Source: Promethearchaeota archaeon
Lineage (GTDB): Archaea > Asgardarchaeota > Lokiarchaeia > Sigyniarchaeales > SOKP01
Direction: 5' to 3'
Assembly: GCA_016840085.1 (NCBI GenBank)
Contig: JAEOTA010000067.1
Location: 1-44,140 of the forward strand
DNA: 44,140 bases
The notes under the pieces are model-generated. The model did no database searches. It was not told the DNA's origin and was given only the letters and a program-made list of their open reading frames with translations. Positions 27,851 through 37,090 of this stretch are shown here, piece after piece (position 1 is the first letter of the stretch; each line of letters starts with the position of its first letter). A program made the translations under genes and the position numbers.

Positions 27851-28321
27851 ATGAAAGTGATAAAACTACCACATATGAGCGAGGATGAAATAAACACAGC
27901 TATCAACTCTCAGAATTTATGTAGAATTGCGTTCATTGATGATAAATATCCTTATATCTCTCCTTTTCAATATGTTAGTATTAATAATATTTTATATTTC
28001 CATTTCACTGACTATGGAAAAAAAAAGAAAATTCTTTCAAATAATCCTAATGTTTGCGTTTCAATTGAAAATTTTAAATCTGACTTAAGCAGTTATTATT
28101 TTATTTCAATACAAGGTAAGTTAGAATTAGTGGAAGATAATGATCTTAAAAATAAAGTTATGAGACAAATGGCAGAGTTAGCACGGAAAAATTATTCAAA
28201 AAACTTTCTTTCAGCTCATGGTTTTGAAAAGAAAGAGGAATGGGACGTATTAACATCAAAAAATCAAACTATTTATAAACTTGTAGTCATGAATAAGCCA
28301 ATTGGCCTAAAATCTTTTTAA
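27851..28321 (+). CDS. Pyridoxamine 5'-phosphate oxidase-like FMN-binding split-barrel protein (NimA-like)
   Basis: CRIAF..YPYISP..LYFH..GKKKKILSNNPNVCVSI..SIQGKLELV. Confidence 0.85.
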   Translation: MKVIKLPHMSEDEINTAINSQNLCRIAFIDDKYPYISPFQYVSINNILYFHFTDYGKKKKILSNNPNVCVSIENFKSDLSSYYFISIQGKLELVEDNDLKNKVMRQMAELARKNYSKNFLSAHGFEKKEEWDVLTSKNQTIYKLVVMNKPIGLKSF

Positions 28322-28407
28322 TAATTATCTTAAATTAATCTTATTAAATTTTTTTTAAATTTCAAGCGATAAAATAAAAAAAAAATTTAAGAAAAAATTT
28401 TTTGAAA

Positions 28408-29226
28408 TTATTCAGGCTGTAATATCCCTGAAAAAGCCAACCATGCTAATAATGATTTTGCTACTAAACTTAGTATTATATATACTCGTTCACCGAAAAG
28501 ATAATCTTTCCATGGTCCCACTGCTTTATATTGAAGTATCATATTAATCGCAAATGAATTGAATAGAATCAGATATGTATAAAATATCCAGTACACAAAA
28601 TCAGGGATACCCTCAGCAGCTACACCATAAAAGTAGCCAAGAATAACTATCCAAGGAATAGCACCAGATATACATCCTATTATGAAAGGCTTCCAATTAG
28701 TTTTTTCCGTATATTGATTAACTAATTCCATCATGTAACCAAACATTATCATCATAGCATTCAATACAAAAATCATGACTAATGACCAGAAATCCCAGAC
28801 ACCAAAAAGTAATGAGAGAAATACAATCATAACTGAACTAGAAAAAGCATACTCGTACCAACGATAGGGATTAAAACCTTTCTTTAGATTATTATTGTAT
28901 CTTTCATTCAATGGATATGCAATTAAAAAATGAGCTAAAGCAGACATTAATAAAAATGAAGCAAGCACAGCCCCAAAGTATGAAACTGTAAATAATACCT
29001 CTGGATTTGGAAATATATTAAATGTATCAGGATCAATAAATTCATAAGACAAATAAAATGTATAAATATCTCTAGAAAAATCTAAAATAAGTCCTACAGT
29101 CAACATTAATATTCCTTGTATTAAATGAAGGATTCCCATGTTTCTGTTAAATTTTTGTAAGTATTCGAATGTAATATCTGATTTCGCGATAATTTCTTGT
29201 CGTTCTTTATAATTCATTTTAACCAT
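28408..29226 (-). CDS. Heliorhodopsin
   Basis: Seven TMs; ILHLIQG, SALAHF, NPYRWYEYAFSSSVM (counterion Glu), YLFGERVYIILSLVAKSLLAW (retinal-binding Lys). Confidence 0.95.
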   Translation of the reverse strand: MVKMNYKERQEIIAKSDITFEYLQKFNRNMGILHLIQGILMLTVGLILDFSRDIYTFYLSYEFIDPDTFNIFPNPEVLFTVSYFGAVLASFLLMSALAHFLIAYPLNERYNNNLKKGFNPYRWYEYAFSSSVMIVFLSLLFGVWDFWSLVMIFVLNAMMIMFGYMMELVNQYTEKTNWKPFIIGCISGAIPWIVILGYFYGVAAEGIPDFVYWIFYTYLILFNSFAINMILQYKAVGPWKDYLFGERVYIILSLVAKSLLAWLAFSGILQPE

Positions 29227-29508
29227 TTTTTCATTTTTTTATTATTAGATTTTATAATTTTAATTAACCCAAGAATAGATTTAAATAGTTCCTATAAAAA
29301 TTATTAAATTTTCATAAGAATTATTTTTAGAAATAATTGAAAACTCTATGATTTTTAATATTTCATTAATAATGCTCAAACTTTAAATAAATAACATCTC
29401 TACAAATATTTTATTTATAATTTAAATAAATAAAGATTAAATACAGATCCAGTATATCAAGCTTAAGCTTATATCTTAAAACAAAATAATTAAGCTTTAG
29501 TGAAAAAA

Positions 29509-29910
29509 ATGGCTTTAGAAATAAATTGGTTAGCAGTTGTAGTTGTATCTTTAATATTTTTTGCGATACTTTTTTTCTGGTATTTTCCATCTGCGTTTGG
29601 AAATATGTGGTTAAAATTAGTCGGAAAAGAAAGTGAACCTAAATCTAAAATAATAAGAGATACAATTATCATGATTCCAACGAGTTTTTTAACAGTACTT
29701 GTTATTGATATAATAATGATTATGGCAGGTATTACGGATATTTTATCAGCAGTATTGATAAATTTATTGCTATGGGTTGGCTTTTTAGCTACGATCGGAA
29801 TTAATCAAACAAATTTTAACGATAGAGGTTTAAATTTATTTCTTATAGAATACGTTGTGTATCTCGTTTGTTTTCTAATTTCTGGTATTATTTTAGTAGT
29901 TTGGGTATAA
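29509..29910 (+). CDS. DUF1761-like four-TM membrane protein
   Basis: INWLAVVV..FFWY.PSAFGNMWLKLVG..LLWVGF..LFLIE..Y pattern. Confidence 0.7.
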   Translation: MALEINWLAVVVVSLIFFAILFFWYFPSAFGNMWLKLVGKESEPKSKIIRDTIIMIPTSFLTVLVIDIIMIMAGITDILSAVLINLLLWVGFLATIGINQTNFNDRGLNLFLIEYVVYLVCFLISGIILVVWV

Positions 29911-30057
29911 AATTTAATTCCATTTTTTTTTAATTTCTTTTTGAAAATCCTTTTAATATTTATTTTAAGCTCTAATTAGAAGTTAGAATAAATGAAATAT
30001 GATTAAAAGAAATAAAAGTAAGAAAAATTAAAACGCTTTTGAGGAGCATTTCATGAT

Positions 30058-30618
30058 TTAAAGATGTTCTACAATACCATATAATCCTGAAATAGGGTCT
30101 TGAAACATAGGTAAATGCGGTGGAATATATGTAAATAATATGAAAATGATTCCTAATGCTATAAAAATTATCCATGAGAAAATTATTGCCAATTTTGGTA
30201 ATTCGGATATAGTTAATATTTTATAGCTTATTAATTGACCAACAACAACTCCAACTATAAAGGAAAGAATATCTATAATCAAAATTTCTGTTTTAAAAAT
30301 AGCAGTATATGTATAAAATGTAATTATTATAATTACTATGCTTAATAATACAGCTACAGTCTTTCCAACAATAAAATTATTTGCTTGTTCTTTTATAAAT
30401 TGATACTCAATTAATGCAAAGATTATAAGTGGCCAATAGGGTAATTTTAAATGCTCCCAAACACTTTCATTTACAGGAAAAAATCCTCCTATATATTCCC
30501 AGTGCCCTAGCCATTCAAAAACAAAATGAAATAAAGCACCTACGATGGTTATAAAAATAATGCCGAAAATTTCCCATTTCAATATCGAATTTTTCAATAT
30601 GATCACTCGTTTTATCAA
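30058..30618 (-). CDS. Conserved membrane protein (DUF6512-like)
   Basis: GALFHFVFEW, PVNESVWEHLKL, FTYIPPHLPMFQDP..G.YG; start uncertain (TTG). Confidence 0.7.
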   Translation of the reverse strand: MIKRVIILKNSILKWEIFGIIFITIVGALFHFVFEWLGHWEYIGGFFPVNESVWEHLKLPYWPLIIFALIEYQFIKEQANNFIVGKTVAVLLSIVIIIITFYTYTAIFKTEILIIDILSFIVGVVVGQLISYKILTISELPKLAIIFSWIIFIALGIIFILFTYIPPHLPMFQDPISGLYGIVEHL

Positions 30619-30844
30619 AATAAAAATATTGCAATTTAATTGGATTTTAATTTAAATAATAAATATTTTAAATACAATATATCCAATTAAATAAGATAAG
30701 ATACAATTAAAATAACTTAGGTTTATTGGCTATAAATTAAACTTATTTTAACTTAATTTATGCAATATATATTTTAAGTCTTTTTATATTTTAAAACTTT
30801 TTTAGGGAAAAGTTCTAAATACTTTAATATCTAATAATTAAATT

Positions 30845-31852
30845 ATGCAAGCTGCTATTTATGATGGAAAGGAACTCCTCATCAAGGAAGTTTCTAATCC
30901 AAAAATTTCTGATACCCAAGCTCTTATTCGGGTTAGAGCTGCTGGAGTATGTGGCACTGATTTAGCTATAGTAAATGGTTCTTTACAGACGCCTACTCCT
31001 ATTATTCTCGGTCATGAGTTTTCGGGTGATGTTGTAGAGATAGGGGATGATGTTGATCCTAAGTGGCTTAATAAAAAAGTTACTTCTGAAATAAATAGCA
31101 ATATTGATTTTAATTGCTTTTATTGTAAGCAAAAGCAATACACTCAATGCATTTCACGAAAAGCATTAGGAATAGATATTGATGGAGCATTTGCAGAATA
31201 TATCGCTGTGGAATCTTATTTATTGCATGAAGTTCCTGAAACTATTTCATATGAAAAAGCTACTTTTATCGAGCCTTTAGCCGCAGCATATCAGATATTT
31301 GAAATGATGCCTTTAGAAGAAAATGATAAGACAATTACAATATTCGGTCTTGGTAAATTGGGGTTATTAATTACCCAAATTGCATTTTTAAAAGGTTTAA
31401 ACTTAATTGTTGTGGATGGATCTCATAAAAAGCTCAATTTGGCTAAAAAATTTGGAGCTCAACATCAAATAAATAGATTTGATGGTGTTAATATCGCTGA
31501 TACAATTAAAACGTATACTAATGGTTTAGGTGCTGATATAGTGGTTGATGCAACCGGTAATCCTCTAGCAGTAAATGATGTGCTTGCTTCATGTAGAACT
31601 CGAGGTAAGATCCATATAAAAAGTACGCATGGAGTTAATACACCCATTAATTTAACAGATCTAGTTGTTCGTGAATTAACTTTATATAGTAGTAGATGTG
31701 GACCATTTAAAAAAGCTATTAATGGATTAAAATCCGGAGAAATTGAAGTTGAGAAATTAATCTCAAAAAAATTTGATTTAAAAGATATTAAAAAAGCATT
31801 AAATTTTCATATGAAAAACCCAGAATATATTAAAGCAATAATTCGAATATAA
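30845..31852 (+). CDS. Zinc-dependent MDR alcohol dehydrogenase (threonine/sorbitol dehydrogenase-like)
   Basis: GVCGTD, LGHEFSG, DGAFAEY, IEPLAAA, IFGLGKLG. Confidence 0.9.
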   Translation: MQAAIYDGKELLIKEVSNPKISDTQALIRVRAAGVCGTDLAIVNGSLQTPTPIILGHEFSGDVVEIGDDVDPKWLNKKVTSEINSNIDFNCFYCKQKQYTQCISRKALGIDIDGAFAEYIAVESYLLHEVPETISYEKATFIEPLAAAYQIFEMMPLEENDKTITIFGLGKLGLLITQIAFLKGLNLIVVDGSHKKLNLAKKFGAQHQINRFDGVNIADTIKTYTNGLGADIVVDATGNPLAVNDVLASCRTRGKIHIKSTHGVNTPINLTDLVVRELTLYSSRCGPFKKAINGLKSGEIEVEKLISKKFDLKDIKKALNFHMKNPEYIKAIIRI

Positions 31853-31870
31853 ATTATATAAAGATTATTT

Positions 31871-33682
31871 ATGGTAAAAACTGAATTGCAATCGATTGAA
31901 AGTGTTTCAAAAGAAGAAGATATAAGAGAAGAGGTTAAACTTCAGTATTTTTGGTATTTATTTGTTTTTTTTACAATATACTTAGTCTCATTTTTAGTTC
32001 CGGCAATTTTGTTTATAACTTATATCTTTTTATTTTTTTTACCCCATTTTTTAGAAAGTACAAGTTTTTTTACACTTTTTACTGAGTTTAAATCCCTAAT
32101 GGTATTAATTTCCACGCCATTTGTTATTATCGGTTGTTATCTTATCCGATTGTTTTTCGTGGGGTTGGTCACACGTGGTTTTTGGAGTCTTAGTGAAAAA
32201 AAATCACCAAGTAAAAGCGGGATAATACCAAGAAATATTCCAAGTAAAGCATTGAATTACTATCATATTAAAAGTTTTATGATAAAATATGGAAAAAACA
32301 CTTTTGTAAAAGGACCTTTTCCTTGGCTCTCTAATTGGTTTTTTAACTTTGTGGGATCAAGTAAAATTGGTAAGGGTACAACCTTAGAAGAAAGTATAAT
32401 GAATGATAAATTCATAAATGTAGATAAGAACTGTTATTTTGGAGTAAATTCTGCTTTAGCAAGCCATTTGGTGGATGGAACTTTTGGAAATATTAATTAT
32501 TTCAAAATATATATAGGAAATAATGTTACAAGTGCAGGATTGAATCTGATTGGGCCAGGATCAGAGGTACATGATAATTCATATTTACTTCCGTTAGCAT
32601 CAACTCCAAAACATAGTATGCTTAAAGGAAATAATTACTATTGGGGGTTACCATTAAGAAGAATCTTTAGAAAAAAGATCTTGAAATTTTTAGGCTTGAC
32701 GCCTAAGAATTTAGAGATAAATGAAAATATTGAGGGATATAAAGATAAAAATTTGTTGAAAGAGTTAAAAGCTAAGAAAACATTGGCCCAATCCCATAAT
32801 AAAGTAGGAAATAACCAAGTAATTAATAATTCTCACGAGGATAAAATTGATCTGAATAATTTAACAGAGAAGGATTTGACAATTGATTTCACAACAAGTA
32901 GTGCAATTTCAAGAATAAATATAAAATTCTTAGTGGTCTATATTCCAATTTTTTGGCTATCTGGCATGATAGTTAATATTATTTTTTATACCTTTACATA
33001 TTATGTACAGAACTGGATTTTAATGGCTTTTTTTTTACCAGCAATGATCATATTTATATGGTTTATTTTCATACTCGGTTGTTTCTTTTTTAGTAAATTA
33101 TTTTTAATATTAGTTAATCTCATTCATAAACCCAAAGAAGGAATATTTAAAGCTGATATTGGTGACACAGATTTTGAATTTTGGTGTTTACGAACTGAAT
33201 TAAAAAAAATAGTTTTTTGGCTTATACGAAATTGGCCTCTTCCTTGGATGGATATATTGGCTTTCAAATGGTTTGGGGTAAAAATGTCTTTATCCAGTTC
33301 GTTATACGATTCCTGGTGTGATGGAGAATTCATTACATTTGGCAGGCGTGTACTTATAGGTCAAGGCTCTACTATTATGTCGAGCATGGTAATTGGCCGA
33401 TATTTGATTATAAAGAATGTAATATGCGGAGATTATTCACTTGTAGGTGGACATACCACAATAGCTCCAGGCACTATTATAGGGGAAGATACTTTCGTTA
33501 GCGCAATTTCAAACACCTTATACAATCAAATTCTTGAACCTGGATGGATCTATCTGGGAATACCCGTCATTAAACTTAAAGAAAATAAATATGCTAAAGA
33601 AAGAAGAGATATAATAATGAAAAGAGATGTAGATGAAGAACAAAAGTTCGAAATCGAGCATGAAGTAAACGTTGATAAATAA
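31871..33682 (+). CDS. Membrane-bound left-handed beta-helix protein, A+B fusion (cluster 2)
   Basis: N-half matches type A (SPSKSGIIPRNIPS, LASHLVDG); C-half matches type B (IDFTTSSAIS, HKPKEGIF..DFEFW). Confidence 0.82.
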   Translation: MVKTELQSIESVSKEEDIREEVKLQYFWYLFVFFTIYLVSFLVPAILFITYIFLFFLPHFLESTSFFTLFTEFKSLMVLISTPFVIIGCYLIRLFFVGLVTRGFWSLSEKKSPSKSGIIPRNIPSKALNYYHIKSFMIKYGKNTFVKGPFPWLSNWFFNFVGSSKIGKGTTLEESIMNDKFINVDKNCYFGVNSALASHLVDGTFGNINYFKIYIGNNVTSAGLNLIGPGSEVHDNSYLLPLASTPKHSMLKGNNYYWGLPLRRIFRKKILKFLGLTPKNLEINENIEGYKDKNLLKELKAKKTLAQSHNKVGNNQVINNSHEDKIDLNNLTEKDLTIDFTTSSAISRINIKFLVVYIPIFWLSGMIVNIIFYTFTYYVQNWILMAFFLPAMIIFIWFIFILGCFFFSKLFLILVNLIHKPKEGIFKADIGDTDFEFWCLRTELKKIVFWLIRNWPLPWMDILAFKWFGVKMSLSSSLYDSWCDGEFITFGRRVLIGQGSTIMSSMVIGRYLIIKNVICGDYSLVGGHTTIAPGTIIGEDTFVSAISNTLYNQILEPGWIYLGIPVIKLKENKYAKERRDIIMKRDVDEEQKFEIEHEVNVDK

Positions 33683-33713
33683 AAAAGAGATCTTATCAAA
33701 AAACTATCATATT

Positions 33714-34109
33714 TTATTCTGTATTCAATTGAAATTCTGTCTTTAAGAAACTCTTTAACTTTTGACAGGTTTTCTTTAATTCTTGCTTATCTTGATAAAA
33801 AAGGTTAGTTCTAGGACAATCTTTATCAAAAACGCATTTTTTCTGAATAAAATCATAAATTAAAGGATAAAATCTGCATCCTTGAGGGCGATATTGATAA
33901 ACTTTACACGTCTTAGACATAAAATCTAAAAATACACAATATTTTGAATCATTTTTTAGTTGATAAAATTGATTTTGATTTTTAAATACAAAATCTTTCA
34001 TTTTTAATTTCTTAGGGAAATTATCTATTATTAAATCAATATCTTGTTGAGATACAATCATTTCTGTCCGGATACAACATTCTCCGCAATTTTGACAATT
34101 GTTTTCCAT
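33714..34109 (-). CDS. YkgJ/CxxCxxCC family Fe-S or Zn cluster protein
   Basis: CQNCGECC, YCVFLD..CKVYQYRPQGCRFYP, C..DKDCP. Confidence 0.88.
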   Translation of the reverse strand: MENNCQNCGECCIRTEMIVSQQDIDLIIDNFPKKLKMKDFVFKNQNQFYQLKNDSKYCVFLDFMSKTCKVYQYRPQGCRFYPLIYDFIQKKCVFDKDCPRTNLFYQDKQELKKTCQKLKSFLKTEFQLNTE

Positions 34110-34242
34110 AGTAAATTATTATTTTTGCTTAAATCTCATAAATTTTAAAGGAAGGAAAATATCTATTAAAATATAATAAACATCAATTGCTTTTTAATTA
34201 AGTAAAAATTACATAAATTTGAATTAAGAATTTAATGCAAAA

Positions 34243-36126
34243 ATGAACGCGGAAGACAAAGAAACTGAGCCACCTGATTCCAATGAGATTAATAATGATA
34301 CTTTAAAAGAAGAAGTAAGTCTACAATTTCATTTGTATATTTTCATTTTTGCTATAATTTATTATGTATCATGGGTAGTGCCTGGATTTATCTTTTGGTT
34401 ATATTTTTTTATACCTTTTCGCATTTTTTTTTTAGAAAATCTTGGATTTATATCAATTTTTACTGATTTTAAATCGTTGATATCTCTTTTATTTATGCCA
34501 TTAGTTATTATATTGTGCTATTTACTTCACTTATTGCTGATAGGGTTGATAACAAGACTTATATGGAAAATTACGGAAAGAATATCTCCATCGAAATCAG
34601 GAATTATCCCACGAAATATAAGAAGCAGAGCAGCAAATTACTATCATATCAGGAGTTTTATGATAAAGTACGGTAAAAACACTTTTAATAAGGGTATATT
34701 TCCATGGTTATCTAATTGGTTTTATAATTTTGTGGGATCAAACAAAATTGGAAAAGGCACAACCTTTGAGGAGTCCGTAGGTATGGATAAATTTATAGAT
34801 ATTGGTGAAAATTGTTATATTGGAGTAAATACAACTTTAGCGAGCCATCTCATTCAAGGGATCTTCGGTAATATCTCCTATTTTAAAATTAAAGTTGGCA
34901 ATAATGTAACATCAGCTGCATTGGGCAATATTGGTCCGGGAAGTGAGGTTTTTGAAGATACATATCTATTACCTCTAGCTTCAACACCGAAACATAGTAT
35001 AATAAAGGGAGGAAAAAACTTTTATTGGGGAATACCATTAAGAAAAATATTTAGAAAGAAGATTATGCAATACTTAGGCTTGTCCCCTAAAGAATTAGAG
35101 AAAAATGAAAATATAGAAGGGTATAAAGATAAAAAATTATTAAAGCAATTGAAAGAGAAAGAAAGTATAGTAGAGAAAACAGATGAGATTCCTAATAACA
35201 CACAAATGTTGGATACCCTACAAGAAGAAAAAATAGATATTGATACTCTAACAAGAGAAGATTTGGCGATTGATTTCACTACTAGTTCTGCGATAAGTAG
35301 AGTAAATGCAAAGTTCTTATTGGTCTACATACCAATATTTTGGGTTTCAGGTTTAATTATTACCATCCTATGGTATTGGTATTCTGAGGATATAATTAAT
35401 GGATATTCAATAAGATTTCATTTACCGTTTTTTCTTTTTTTTCCAGTAATGCTATTTGGATTGCTATACATCTTTATACTAGCGTGTATTCTTTTCAGTA
35501 AATTACTTTTAATAGTAGTAAATCTAATTCATAAACCTAAAGAGGGCGTTTTTAAAGCGAAAATAGGAGACACAGATTTCGAATTCTGGATGTTAAGAAC
35601 TCAAATAAAGAAAATTTCTTTATGGCTTTTACGGAATTCACCATTACCATGGACGGATGAATTAGCTTTTAAGCAGCTAGGAGTTGATATGGATTTTTCA
35701 AGCCATTTAGCTGATACGTGGTGTGACTCTGAATTTATTAAATTAGGTCGTAAAGTGATGATCGGACAGGGGGCAACCATTATGTCTTCAATGGTTGTTG
35801 GAAAATATTTATTAATTAAGAAAGTTTTTTTTGATGACTATGTTATGGTTGGAGGACAGACTTCAATTGCTCCAGGAACTATTATAAAAAAAGAATCTGT
35901 AATTGGAGCAATTAGTTCAACAACCTATGATCAAGTTCTAAAGCCTGGTTGGATTTATTTTGGTATACCTGCTAGAGAATTGAAAGAAAATAAGTACTCT
36001 GAAGAGAGAAGAGATATTCTCATTAAACGTCAAGTGGATGAGGCAAAAAAATTTGAAGTTTTGCATGAAGTAAATATAGATGAAGATAAAAAAGATTTAA
36101 TAAAAACTCAAAAAGAAGAGATGTAA
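34243..36126 (+). CDS. Membrane-bound left-handed beta-helix protein, A+B fusion (cluster 3)
   Basis: Colinear paralog of the 31871 ORF, including the linker NENIEGYKDK.LLK.LK. Confidence 0.82.
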   Translation: MNAEDKETEPPDSNEINNDTLKEEVSLQFHLYIFIFAIIYYVSWVVPGFIFWLYFFIPFRIFFLENLGFISIFTDFKSLISLLFMPLVIILCYLLHLLLIGLITRLIWKITERISPSKSGIIPRNIRSRAANYYHIRSFMIKYGKNTFNKGIFPWLSNWFYNFVGSNKIGKGTTFEESVGMDKFIDIGENCYIGVNTTLASHLIQGIFGNISYFKIKVGNNVTSAALGNIGPGSEVFEDTYLLPLASTPKHSIIKGGKNFYWGIPLRKIFRKKIMQYLGLSPKELEKNENIEGYKDKKLLKQLKEKESIVEKTDEIPNNTQMLDTLQEEKIDIDTLTREDLAIDFTTSSAISRVNAKFLLVYIPIFWVSGLIITILWYWYSEDIINGYSIRFHLPFFLFFPVMLFGLLYIFILACILFSKLLLIVVNLIHKPKEGVFKAKIGDTDFEFWMLRTQIKKISLWLLRNSPLPWTDELAFKQLGVDMDFSSHLADTWCDSEFIKLGRKVMIGQGATIMSSMVVGKYLLIKKVFFDDYVMVGGQTSIAPGTIIKKESVIGAISSTTYDQVLKPGWIYFGIPARELKENKYSEERRDILIKRQVDEAKKFEVLHEVNIDEDKKDLIKTQKEEM

Positions 36127-36131
36127 AGATT

Positions 36132-37073
36132 ATGAGTGTTCCAAATACAATGAGAGTTGGACCATTTATCTCACAAGTATTAGTGAAAAAGAGATATTTG
36201 ATTTTTTATTTTTTATTAATTTGGATAAGTATAATTCCATTACTTTTGGAATTTTGGGTTTATTGGAGGTTATTATGGGATTATGATAGACCAGTTCATT
36301 TTTATACCTTTCTTCCACTTCTCTTTTTTGGAATGTATGTATCTATCGTATTTTTTTCAATTTTTTTTGCAAAAATCTTACTATTTATTATTAATGCAAT
36401 ACATAAACCTCGAGAAGGCATATTCCTACGAATTCCAGAAGATAAGGATTATAGATACTGGAGTCTTCGCAATACCATTAAACGATGGCCAATATGGCTT
36501 GCTCATAAATTTCCTTTTCCTTTCTTAGATAATATCTGCTTTAAAGCTTTTGGTGTTAAAACGAAATTTTCGAACTCACTCTTTGAAGGATGGGTTGATA
36601 CTGAATTTATAGAATTTGGTAAGGATGTTGTGGTAGGACAAGGTGCTATTGTTCAATCTGCAGTAATAATTGGGAATTTACTGATAATTAGAAAAACAGT
36701 TATTGAAGATAATGTAAGAATAGGCTCTCATGCAATTGTTATGCCAGGTACTCATATAGGTAAAAATTCAATATTAGCAGCAAATTCAGTAACTACTGTA
36801 GGGCAAATCTTAGAAAAAAAATGGGTGTATGTTGGGATTCCCGCAAAACAATTCAAGAAAAATTATTTCTTTGAAGATGGATTGGAGGATAAGATAGGAC
36901 AAGTTGAAGATGTAGAAGCACTAAGAGAAAAATATGAGGAGATTTATACAAAGCGTTATGATGAGCTAACTCTAAAAGAACGTAGAGAACTTAAAAAAGA
37001 AAAGAAAGAAGAAGAAAAGAAACGATTAGAATCTGAGGAATATGACATTTTTGATGACGGTTTTAATATATAA
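36132..37073 (+). CDS. Membrane-bound left-handed beta-helix protein, type C (cluster 3)
   Basis: Paralog of the 26018 ORF; long identical block WLAHKFPFPFLDNICFKAFGVKTKFSNSLFEGWVDTEFIEFGK. Confidence 0.82.
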   Translation: MSVPNTMRVGPFISQVLVKKRYLIFYFLLIWISIIPLLLEFWVYWRLLWDYDRPVHFYTFLPLLFFGMYVSIVFFSIFFAKILLFIINAIHKPREGIFLRIPEDKDYRYWSLRNTIKRWPIWLAHKFPFPFLDNICFKAFGVKTKFSNSLFEGWVDTEFIEFGKDVVVGQGAIVQSAVIIGNLLIIRKTVIEDNVRIGSHAIVMPGTHIGKNSILAANSVTTVGQILEKKWVYVGIPAKQFKKNYFFEDGLEDKIGQVEDVEALREKYEEIYTKRYDELTLKERRELKKEKKEEEKKRLESEEYDIFDDGFNI

Positions 37074-37090
37074 AAATTACTATAGATTTC

